A DNA stretch of 64,000 bases from positions 1 through 64,000 of the IMG/VR virus record IMGVR_UViG_3300032315_000675. One strand, 5' to 3'. Shown piece by piece: positions 56,501 through 64,000 of the stretch. The notes beneath the pieces were generated by a model. That model was not told where the DNA came from. It worked only from the letters and a program-made list of their open reading frames with translations, and did not search any database. Within the stretch, counting starts at the first letter, position 1. Each line of letters begins with the position of its first letter. The position numbers and the translations under genes are program-made. This DNA is from a virus.

Positions 56501-57014
56501 TAATGCGACAACAGTAACAGGTGCAACTCAAAACAATATCACAACACTGGGAGCCTTGACAGTGTTAAGCTCCGGTGCAAACACGACGGCAGGTACTATC
56601 ACAGGTAATTGGTCACTCTCTACTGGTTCGCGATTATCTGCTACCTACGCTGACTTAGCAGAATATTATCAAGCTGACGCAACGTATGAACCAGGAACTG
56701 TTCTCATGTTTGGCGGTGACAATGAAGTTACACTCGCAGAGGAAGCAACGAATAGAGTTGCCGGCGTAGTATCTACAAACCCTGCGTATGCAATGAATTC
56801 TGGTTGCCCTGATATTGCAGTAGCAATCGCACTGCAAGGTAGAGTACCTTGCAAAGTTCAGGGTACTGTTAGAAAAGGTGACATGATGATCAGCGCAGGC
56901 AGCGGCTACGCGGTAGCTTGCAGCGAACCTCGTTTAGGACAAGTCATCGGTAAAGCATTAGAAAACTTTGATCTCAGCGACGGCGTGATTGAAATCGTAG
57001 TCGGCAGATTATAA
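53583..57014 (+). CDS. Tail-fibre-like virion protein with C-terminal chaperone/peptidase-like domain
   Basis: G/N/T/S-rich, repeated 'AQPNITSVGTL'; C-terminal 'ADLAEYY...GVVST.PAY.MN...GRVPCKV'. Confidence 0.8.
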   Translation: MSINGQQIINIGLPNESAGSDSLYEAFNKTEDNFTTLFTCASPYTNFVALTGISVNSNANAGTVSITNTGVTNIIAGTNITINQSNGNVTISSTGGGNGGGSGTVTSVGLAPVSNSRIVVTNSPIVSSGNIGIDLATTGVVPGTYTAPTVTLDAYGRITSAANTTSSGTVTSVGIIPGSGIGVASSPVTTVGNVTVTNTGVVRLTAGLGITLSAPNGIVQVSSVYTGTVTSVGISSNTLTVSSSPITASGNIAVELPSSITLSGNITAANGNLGNLATANFFSGDGGLLSNLAGAVGTQTTIANGTSNVRVFTNGNVTTSVAGNANIVIVTGTGANIAGTANISGNANVGNIGASSGVFTSNVTSGNVYANSGTVGASLLAGTLTTAAQPNITSVGTLGSLTVTGKVTAGQLQGDGGNISNIQGGNVSGAVATATTAATVTTAAQPNITSVGTLTSLTTSGNTFLATSSGNVGINTTNPTSALVVGGSQAGNAGLEVVPGSGVVLQGYNRSTSAYTSLNLDGATIGFRPNGSTRLTVDASGANVTGTFGVSGNANVGNLGTAGLVVATGNVTGGNLVTGGVVAATGNVVAGNLYANSGTLGVAILNVSGISNLNAVGNVRISGGSANQILKTDGAGNLTWVDPNGGYYLHTQNSSSSTWTVTHNLNRQYVTVEAIDANGNSYTGRYDYPTINYTNANALTMTFASAVQGYAAVTGGGTNINSVSVGNSTPGGVNTQVQFNDAGALAGSSGLVYNKTTGTLTATLYAGSGANLTNIAGANVTGAVSFASTANAVAGANVSGTVSSATTAATVTTAAQPNITSVGTLANLNVSGNVSFTGSNVSLGSNANVRITGGSSGQILSTDGSGNLSWVPTGTATTAATVTTNAQPNITSVGTLTSLSVSGNISGANLTGNHFGNGASLSSITGANVTGTVPTANNSAFLGGTAAASYLLTTGTGSSLTAIAGANVTGTVANATTVTGATQNNITTLGALTVLSSGANTTAGTITGNWSLSTGSRLSATYADLAEYYQADATYEPGTVLMFGGDNEVTLAEEATNRVAGVVSTNPAYAMNSGCPDIAVAIALQGRVPCKVQGTVRKGDMMISAGSGYAVACSEPRLGQVIGKALENFDLSDGVIEIVVGRL

Positions 57015-57033
57015 ACATTATAGGATTTCAAGA

Positions 57034-60000
57034 ATGATTGATAGCATTAAGATTACGAGTTTAACTAACATAGGTGCAAATCTATCCTACACCTCTATAT
57101 TCCCGGTAGTAAACATAACGGGAACTCCGATCACTAACAAAGCTAATCTGCAAATTATAGGTAACTACATTCTTAGCCAAGCCGGCGGCGCAAACATGGT
57201 TCAAGCTGCTCAAGCTACTCTTGCTCAATCGGTAGTCAATGCTGCACAGCCAAACATCACATCAGTTGGCACATTGAGCATCAGCACATTGAAAATCTCA
57301 GGTGGTGTTAGCGGGTATATTCTTAGAACTGATGGTGCAGGAAATCTAACTTGGATTGCTTCAACTGCGACTGTATCAGGTTCAAACACTCAAATCCAAT
57401 TTAACAATGCCGGTAGCTTTGGTAGTTCAGCCAACCTTACCTATAACAATACAACCGGTATCTTTACTGCACCGTTCGTAGCAGGTAATGGCAATGGTTT
57501 ATCAAATATTCAAGGTGCTAACGTATCGGGATTTGTTGCTAATGCTAATATTGCTAATACTGCATTTGCAGTAGCAGCCGCAAACGTGTCCGGTTTAGGT
57601 AATATTGCAACAATCAATTTAACCGGTAGCAATGCTAATGTGTTATACGGTAATGGCGTATTTGCGGCAATAGCAGGTGGTGCTAATACAGGCAATATAA
57701 CATTTGTTAATACCACTATTTCAGCACCAAATGATGATGATATCGTTGTGCAAGCAATGGACAGTGATGGCATTGTAAGTTCATCTTTAGAGCTGTCGCC
57801 CGGCGATACAACCCGCTTGGAACAATGGAGCAGTCAACAGAGCGACACCTTCACTACAGCCGACTGGACTACGGGTGTTTACATAAATCAAGGCGGACAA
57901 GGCGCAATTCAATTTACTGGTGCTGCCAACATCATTGCCTTTGTTAATTCTCTAGATGGAGTTGGTCATATTTACTACAGTGTAAACGGTGGACCGCAGT
58001 TGGTCTATGACGGTACTAGCGATGGTGGGGGAAACATCACATTTTACACACCCACACTGCCAGCAACTGATCCTACAGTAGTAACTAGTTTTGAATATTT
58101 TTACAGTTATAATTCAGGTTTTGAAATAGTTTCTGGTGAAGGCACTGAAGTCAATATCTATGGCGGCTATGCTGATATCAATTTACGAACTACAGGTCAA
58201 CAGGATATCAATTTAGACTCCTCAGGTGATGTAATATTAACTGCTAACAGTACAGTAAATTGGACATTTGCCTCAACTGGTAACTTAACACTACCAGGCA
58301 ATACATTTGCTGTTAACTACGCTAACGGTACTCAAGTATCAATTGGTGGCGGTGGTGCTAATACAGGTAATGTGACATTTAGCGACCAAATCGTATTAGG
58401 CACTGGCAGCAATGATGGCAGTGGCGGATTGTATTTGGCTCCTGGAAGTAATAGTATTGCTAATAGTGCATTACAATACCTGAGAGTGCGCGGTGGTGAT
58501 GTTGTCACACACATTCACCTTGACACAGGCAACAACGCCTTTTATGACCAATACTTTGGTAATGATGCTAAGTATGTAAAATTAGAAGCAGGTGATGCAG
58601 GCAATGTCGTAATCGGTACTGATGATGCCAATGGTAATCAGTACAGTTGGTCATTTACTAGTGACGGTAATTTAATCCTAGCAGATGGCAACAGTATAAT
58701 TACGAGCATTGCTAATAGTTCGCTGGATCCAAATAATGCAAATGTCAGCACAATGGTCTTTACACCGGATCAAAATTATACCTCACAAGCATTAGTAATT
58801 GACCCAACTGGACCAAGTCATATTCACTTACGAGCACCAGGTGCAAATATTGACGAACCAGATGCTAATATATTCTTAGGTGGCGAAGAATCAAGTTTTG
58901 AAGTAGGTTACTATAACGGTGCCGCTCCCAACTTATTCATTCACAGTAATAACAATACTTGGACATTTGATAATGGTGGAACTCTACTATTCCCGCGTGA
59001 TACTGATCCTAATACTGCTGATCCTATCTTAGCTATTGTCGGTGGTGCAAATCCTAGCATTAGTGCAATTGATGCAAGTTTAGCTGGGCCCGCCAATCTT
59101 GGTATTTCGGCTCTTACTACTATATTCAGTGGCGTCAGCGGTGACGAAATTAAGATTTATCCTGATGATGGCGAAATCAGTTCAACAGCAAATCTTCAGA
59201 TTTGGGCTAACTCGGGCGGCAATACTGAATACAGTTGGACGTTTGGTACAGATGGTAGTTTAACATTACCAATTGGTGTATCAATTGATTATAACGAAAA
59301 CGTTCAGTATCCTAAGATTATTGCAGACAGTGGCAAGTTATTCAGCGTTCAAGGACAAGGTAATACTGGTTCTGCGGCACTAGCGTGGACTATAGATCCT
59401 AATGCGGCATCTCAGTATGCGGCTGTCGCTGTTACCAGAGCCGGCGGAGACGATCTTGCCAAGGTGGTATTACAAGCACAATCTAATTCAGGTGATGTTG
59501 CAACTGCAAAGACTTGGCAATTTAGTGAAACTGGTAACTTGACCTTGCCATTAGGCAGTATTGTTTATGAAACCAACATTCCAGACCAATCACTTAGTGG
59601 TAGTGCTATTGCTTTAAAACCAATAGGTGGAACTACTGCCAATCAACAGTTATTAATATATCCAACAGCGGCTGACGGTGACCATATACATATGACAAGT
59701 GGAAACTTGTATACAACCGAGTTATTCTTAGGTAGTGATAACTTCTATGTCAAGTTAGCAAATACAGGTAATGTTGTTATCAACAGTAACAATGGTAATA
59801 GCAATACTGCTATGTGGACATTTGACACTGCCGGTAACCTGACGGCGCCCGGGGTAGTAGATGCTACAGGATTTACAGGCGATGGCAGTACATTATCTAA
59901 TGTCGCTACCAAAGTAACAAGTAGTTGGACACTCGCGTCCGGTAATAATACAGTGAGCATTTCTGTGCCCGGTAGCGGCACTTATACAATTTGGATTAAT

Positions 60001-60270
60001 GGTAATATTCCAAACGGTATCGTAACTTACATTGCTACTGCGGTTGTCACAAATACAAATGTACCAGTACTAGGTGATCAATATGGTTGGTATTACGAAG
60101 TTGGGAATGCGTTAGTGCTTACGTCAATACCTAATCAGTTTGTAGGAACTGCGGGTGCAATCAGCAATGTTAATACTTACTTAGGCAACACAGCTAACGT
60201 GTTTACATTCGGCATCACTAACAATAGCGGTAATGCAGCAGTTGTTAATTATGGTTACACTAAACTATAA
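57034..60270 (+). CDS. Tail-fibre-like virion protein
   Basis: 'AQPNITSVGTL' and repeated 'W.F...G.L.LP' modules. Confidence 0.75.
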   Translation: MIDSIKITSLTNIGANLSYTSIFPVVNITGTPITNKANLQIIGNYILSQAGGANMVQAAQATLAQSVVNAAQPNITSVGTLSISTLKISGGVSGYILRTDGAGNLTWIASTATVSGSNTQIQFNNAGSFGSSANLTYNNTTGIFTAPFVAGNGNGLSNIQGANVSGFVANANIANTAFAVAAANVSGLGNIATINLTGSNANVLYGNGVFAAIAGGANTGNITFVNTTISAPNDDDIVVQAMDSDGIVSSSLELSPGDTTRLEQWSSQQSDTFTTADWTTGVYINQGGQGAIQFTGAANIIAFVNSLDGVGHIYYSVNGGPQLVYDGTSDGGGNITFYTPTLPATDPTVVTSFEYFYSYNSGFEIVSGEGTEVNIYGGYADINLRTTGQQDINLDSSGDVILTANSTVNWTFASTGNLTLPGNTFAVNYANGTQVSIGGGGANTGNVTFSDQIVLGTGSNDGSGGLYLAPGSNSIANSALQYLRVRGGDVVTHIHLDTGNNAFYDQYFGNDAKYVKLEAGDAGNVVIGTDDANGNQYSWSFTSDGNLILADGNSIITSIANSSLDPNNANVSTMVFTPDQNYTSQALVIDPTGPSHIHLRAPGANIDEPDANIFLGGEESSFEVGYYNGAAPNLFIHSNNNTWTFDNGGTLLFPRDTDPNTADPILAIVGGANPSISAIDASLAGPANLGISALTTIFSGVSGDEIKIYPDDGEISSTANLQIWANSGGNTEYSWTFGTDGSLTLPIGVSIDYNENVQYPKIIADSGKLFSVQGQGNTGSAALAWTIDPNAASQYAAVAVTRAGGDDLAKVVLQAQSNSGDVATAKTWQFSETGNLTLPLGSIVYETNIPDQSLSGSAIALKPIGGTTANQQLLIYPTAADGDHIHMTSGNLYTTELFLGSDNFYVKLANTGNVVINSNNGNSNTAMWTFDTAGNLTAPGVVDATGFTGDGSTLSNVATKVTSSWTLASGNNTVSISVPGSGTYTIWINGNIPNGIVTYIATAVVTNTNVPVLGDQYGWYYEVGNALVLTSIPNQFVGTAGAISNVNTYLGNTANVFTFGITNNSGNAAVVNYGYTKL

Positions 60271-60300
60271 TTAGACTAAATAAAACAAAGGAAACATAGC

Positions 60301-60630
60301 ATGGCAGTAACAGTTGGATCAGGAATAGGCATAGGCCCCGGCATTACGCTCACCAGCAGCGTATTGGTCACGACCAGCTCTGGCCAAAACGTTGGCGGCA
60401 GCCCAAACACTCAAGGATTTTTCTTTGCTGTGTTAAACAGAAGCGAACCGGGTTGGGATTACTTTGCAGCCAATGGTAACAACGGAAATTGGACAGCCAC
60501 TGGTGATTTTGGTAGCGGTACTGCCACTGTTCCTGTACTCAGCGTTCCACAAGATGCTGATTCAGTTTACCCAATAGTAAGCGGCGGCCAATTCCAGCCT
60601 GGATTGTTTTATACTTTTAGCGGATATTAA
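60301..60630 (+). CDS. Small virion-type protein, shared GIxIGxGI N-terminus (1 of 5)
   Basis: MAVTVGSGIGIGPGITL; AAGGAAA RBS; TAAATA upstream. Confidence 0.65.
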   Translation: MAVTVGSGIGIGPGITLTSSVLVTTSSGQNVGGSPNTQGFFFAVLNRSEPGWDYFAANGNNGNWTATGDFGSGTATVPVLSVPQDADSVYPIVSGGQFQPGLFYTFSGY

Positions 60631-60632
60631 AA

Positions 60633-61367
60633 ATGGCAATCAACATCGGCGGCGGAATCAACATTGGAACAGGCATCTCAATAGGTGTTGGTGAGCCGAT
60701 CAACGGCAGTGCCCAGTTCAACGGCAGCAACTACCTATCCGTTGCTGGTGGTGCAGGCACAGCAATGGGAACCGGTGATTTTACCTGGGAATCATGGGTA
60801 TACCCAACCAGCAGTTTGGACTATCAGTGTTTTATAGACACTAGAACACAGCCATTGACAGGTGGTGACGACACTGGCTTCTACTTTGGAACAAACTTCA
60901 ATACATTGGCACCAATATACTATACTACAAACCTACAGTTTGAATCAACGGTCAGCATGACTCTAAACGCTTGGAACCATGTGGCGTTGACCAGAAATAA
61001 CGGAACAGTAACCTTATGGGTAAACGGTGCCAGTGGTGGAACACAATCAAACGCTACAGATTTAACACAGCAACGAGTCTTGATAGGCGGTGACGGACTA
61101 GGCACCGCGTTGAACCTAATAGGTAGTATATCCAATCTACGCATGGTAAAAGGCGTGGCGGTTTATACAGGTGCATTCACTGTGCCCACAGCACCACTTG
61201 CGGCCACGCAGAGCGCAGGCACAAACATCTCGGCTATTACAGGCACACAAACATCTTTGTTGTTGAACACAGTAGTTGGTGCCAACTTCTTGGCAGACAG
61301 TAGCACCAATAACTTCACCGTTACCAATAATGGCAGTGTGACAAGCAACGCATCAAATCCGTTCTAA
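60633..61367 (+). CDS. LamG/ConA-like domain protein, shared N-terminus (2 of 5)
   Basis: 'DFTWESWVYP', 'WNHVALTR', 'LWVNG', 'ISNLR'. Confidence 0.8.
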   Translation: MAINIGGGINIGTGISIGVGEPINGSAQFNGSNYLSVAGGAGTAMGTGDFTWESWVYPTSSLDYQCFIDTRTQPLTGGDDTGFYFGTNFNTLAPIYYTTNLQFESTVSMTLNAWNHVALTRNNGTVTLWVNGASGGTQSNATDLTQQRVLIGGDGLGTALNLIGSISNLRMVKGVAVYTGAFTVPTAPLAATQSAGTNISAITGTQTSLLLNTVVGANFLADSSTNNFTVTNNGSVTSNASNPF

Positions 61368-61396
61368 CAATAAATATTCAGTTAAGGAAATAACAA

Positions 61397-61816
61397 ATGA
61401 CAATAACAATCGCAAGCGGAATACAAGTAGGGCCTGGAATTTCATTAGGTGGAACGGGTGGCGGCGGTACTCCGGGCGTAGACAATGTAATTGGTTACAA
61501 CGAAGTGCCTCCTCCGGTCACGGCGCTCGGAACATTAGAAGATCCAACTGCTACTATTAACAGCCCAACTGGATTCACAATCAATGACGATACTAAAACA
61601 GGTATTGCTATTAGTGGATTGACTGCAAGTAACCAAGCTTGGTTTGCGGCAAACTATCTGACTATGCCAGGCACATATACTTGTACATGGGGGCCTGGTA
61701 GCACCGCGGCATCAAGTAGTATTACTGTTTTTCAACTCGCAGGAAGTCTTCTTGTGTTCCGTGTTCTAGGGCAATCCGGCCCTACAACATATAACTATCC
61801 ATTCACATTCAGCTAA
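61397..61816 (+). CDS. Small virion-type protein, shared N-terminus (3 of 5)
   Basis: MTITIASGIQVGPGISLG; AAGGAAA RBS. Confidence 0.65.
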   Translation: MTITIASGIQVGPGISLGGTGGGGTPGVDNVIGYNEVPPPVTALGTLEDPTATINSPTGFTINDDTKTGIAISGLTASNQAWFAANYLTMPGTYTCTWGPGSTAASSSITVFQLAGSLLVFRVLGQSGPTTYNYPFTFS

Positions 61817-61828
61817 AGGAAATATAAC

Positions 61829-62578
61829 ATGGCAACAACTCTCACATTAGGACCAGGAATACAAATAGGAGCCGGAATAACTCTCGGTTCTTTACCGCCT
61901 GCTCCACCGCCCCCCGCGGCAGAAGGTAGTCTAGTTTTCAACCGCAGCAACTATCTATCTATTCCCAATAATTCAGCATTTGATCAGAACGCCGGTGCTT
62001 GGACAGTAGAATGTTTTGCATATCCAAATCCAGATAACACCAGCCAAATCGGCACGATCTATAATCAAGGTGAAGTCAGTAGATTTTTGGGACTTTATTA
62101 TGAAAATGCTAGGTTTGGGATTATACAGAGCAGCGGTGGCTTCCTGCCTGGTCCTAATTCCTTTCCTAAAAACAACTGGTACCACGTAGCCATGGTATAT
62201 AACGGATCCAATTTGGTAACTTTGTATGTTAACGGAAATAGTGTAGCATCTGCAAATCCCGGCGCTATGGCCGCATCTGGAGCAGATACTTTCATTGGCA
62301 CCTGGTCTCTCGGGTACACAGATGGAAAATTCAAAGGTAACCTATCAAACCTCCGTGTAGTTAAGGGCGTTGCAGTTTATACTGGTAATTTCACAGTACC
62401 GACAGCGCCGTTAACGGTCACTCAAAGCAGTGGTACAAATATTTCAGCAATCACTTCAGGTCAGACTCAACTACTGTTGAACACCGCTGCTCCTGATTAC
62501 TTCTTGGATGCTTCAACGAATGCGTTTACTGTCACTAACGTTGGTTCAGTAGCAACAAGCACCGATAACCCATTTTAA
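61829..62578 (+). CDS. LamG/ConA-like domain protein, shared N-terminus (4 of 5)
   Basis: 'WTVECF.YP', 'WYHVAMV', 'LYVNG', 'LSNLRVVKG'. Confidence 0.8.
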   Translation: MATTLTLGPGIQIGAGITLGSLPPAPPPPAAEGSLVFNRSNYLSIPNNSAFDQNAGAWTVECFAYPNPDNTSQIGTIYNQGEVSRFLGLYYENARFGIIQSSGGFLPGPNSFPKNNWYHVAMVYNGSNLVTLYVNGNSVASANPGAMAASGADTFIGTWSLGYTDGKFKGNLSNLRVVKGVAVYTGNFTVPTAPLTVTQSSGTNISAITSGQTQLLLNTAAPDYFLDASTNAFTVTNVGSVATSTDNPF

Positions 62579-62591
62579 TAAGGAATAGAAC

Positions 62592-63299
62592 ATGACATTA
62601 ACAATCGGAGCAGGAATCTCAGTAGGTCCTGGAATCAGCTTTAGTTCATCAGTGCCTGGTGATCCCTATATAGCAGACGTAATCTCTTTAATTCCTATGA
62701 CAGGAACAGTAGGCGATGCACCCACTGTTACGTATGGCACAACTAACACGCTCACCGCTGTCGGCACACCACCGTTGATCTCTGCTGCACAGTCTAATTG
62801 GGGAACAACTTCTACCGCGTTTAGCGCCATCGGGTCTCTATATTTGTCAGTACTTCCTGCTATGACCGGGGACCTCACTTGGGAAACTTTTGTATATCCA
62901 ACTGAAGTTTCGGGTTCGGGCTTCCATATACTTACTAATTGGAATAGTCCAGCCGGTCGTCTACTTTATATACAATCAGGTGCACTGAATTTTTACAACA
63001 GCAATGCACCGACGCAGGCAATATCAGGTGGAACCGTAACAGTCAATCAATGGCACCATGTTGCGATATCTCGTACTTCTGGAAACACAAAACTTTTCCT
63101 GAACGGACAGCAAGTAGGAAGTACGGTATTGAATGATAACTCTAATTTTAGCGGTGCATCAACAAGTTTGGGAATCGGTGGATATTCAGGGAGTTCTGGT
63201 GACTTTAAAGGTTACATGAACGATGTTCGTATCACAGTCGGCGTTGGCAGATACACTTCTAACTTCACACCAGCTGCACAGCCGTTCCCAGCGTTCTAA
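62592..63299 (+). CDS. LamG/ConA-like domain protein, shared N-terminus (5 of 5)
   Basis: 'TWETFVYP', 'WHHVAISR', 'LFLNG', 'GYMNDVRIT.G..RY..NF'. Confidence 0.8.
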   Translation: MTLTIGAGISVGPGISFSSSVPGDPYIADVISLIPMTGTVGDAPTVTYGTTNTLTAVGTPPLISAAQSNWGTTSTAFSAIGSLYLSVLPAMTGDLTWETFVYPTEVSGSGFHILTNWNSPAGRLLYIQSGALNFYNSNAPTQAISGGTVTVNQWHHVAISRTSGNTKLFLNGQQVGSTVLNDNSNFSGASTSLGIGGYSGSSGDFKGYMNDVRITVGVGRYTSNFTPAAQPFPAF

Positions 63300-63315
63300 T
63301 TAAAAAGGAACAGGT

Positions 63316-64000
63316 ATGAAATATCCGCGCCCCGTAGTCGATGCAACACAAGATCCGGGATTACATCGCCGCCCTATCGAGTTTAAGCCGGCTAAATTGC
63401 CGATCGACATTGCTAAATTTCATTGGGTTCGTGACAAGCCTGACCGCAGAGATTATCTCTACATACCAACTACTACAAAAACACCGTCTACGGTCGACTT
63501 GAGAGAGTTCACGACGCCCGTAGAAGATCAAGGTAGCTTGGGTAGCTGCACGGGACATGCTGTTGCAAGCGCGATTGAATTGATCAATAAGAAGAATAAG
63601 ATTGTCAACGAAATTAGTAGATTGTTCATATACTACTACGAACGTCTGTTGATTGGCACTGTACACTACGATAGCGGAGCGTACATCAGAGATGGAATCA
63701 AAGCTACAAACCGCTGGGGCGCACCAGTAGAAAACTTATGGCCCTATAACATATCTAAGTTTAGGGTAGCTCCATCTCGCCCTGCTATCATGGATGCGTC
63801 AAAGCGCAAAGTCACCCGGTATGAACGTGCTATTAACTTCAACGCCTGCATTGATGCACTGTCAAACGGGTACCCGGTCATTGTCGGATTCACTGTTTAC
63901 AGCAGCTTCATAAGCGGCAATTGGCATCGTACTACTGCTGTCATGCCCTACCCTAATACCCGCTCAGAGAGAGTATTAGGGGGACACGCAGTGCTTCTAG
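63316..64000 (+). CDS. Papain-like cysteine protease (C1A), runs off the window (not in the ORF track)
   Basis: Manual translation: 'VDLREFTTPVEDQGSLGSCTGHA'...'GGHAVLL'; AAGGAA RBS. Confidence 0.9.
   Translation, partial: MKYPRPVVDATQDPGLHRRPIEFKPAKLPIDIAKFHWVRDKPDRRDYLYIPTTTKTPSTVDLREFTTPVEDQGSLGSCTGHAVASAIELINKKNKIVNEISRLFIYYYERLLIGTVHYDSGAYIRDGIKATNRWGAPVENLWPYNISKFRVAPSRPAIMDASKRKVTRYERAINFNACIDALSNGYPVIVGFTVYSSFISGNWHRTTAVMPYPNTRSERVLGGHAVLL

Noticed and set aside
53831-60000. Minus-strand ORFs rich in V/P/L/T across the tail-fibre genes
   Set aside because: Antisense shadows of G/N/T/S-rich coding sequence
1-64000. Stop-codon reassignment (alternative genetic code)
   Set aside because: Conserved genes are full length in code 11 and TAA, TAG and TGA all end genes

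Overview
A 64-kb stretch of a large lytic dsDNA phage genome with T4-like replication genes and TAAATA late promoters. The host is probably an alphaproteobacterium (inferred from the porin-like gene, ClpP and a GC-richer gene island). In order: (1) replication genes (dsDNA-binding protein, family-B DNA polymerase, sliding clamp). (2) A ~12-kb DNA-modification locus with a TGT/DpdA-like base-exchange enzyme, a DpdL-like QueD paralogue, FolE, QueD and QueE but no visible QueC/QueF. It is interleaved with two glycosyltransferases, an NDP-sugar epimerase, a cytidylyltransferase, GMP reductase, a purine PRTase and an MBD4-like glycosylase. Structured leaders precede folE and queD, and the queD leader has a preQ1-I-riboswitch-like pseudoknot. 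(3) Repair and replication accessories (DenV-like glycosylase with an ATT start, RNase H, ligase). (4) Early small-gene regions driven by repeated stem-loop/sigma70 promoter cassettes, including an island built from recurring 20-46-nt junction repeats. (5) A proteostasis module (ClpX, Hsp20 with a ROSE-like thermometer, ClpS, ClpP). (6) Lysis enzymes, IF-1, SOD and late proteins sharing an 'MRAREF..E' leader. (7) Tail-fibre-like proteins, five small proteins with a shared N-terminal Gly-Ile motif, and a papain-like protease cut by the window edge. No tRNA, rRNA or CRISPR array was seen. Strongest candidate for an undescribed system: a QueC-less 7-deazaguanine plus glycosylation DNA-modification pathway, possibly under riboswitch-like control. 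All family calls come from motif recognition, not database searches.
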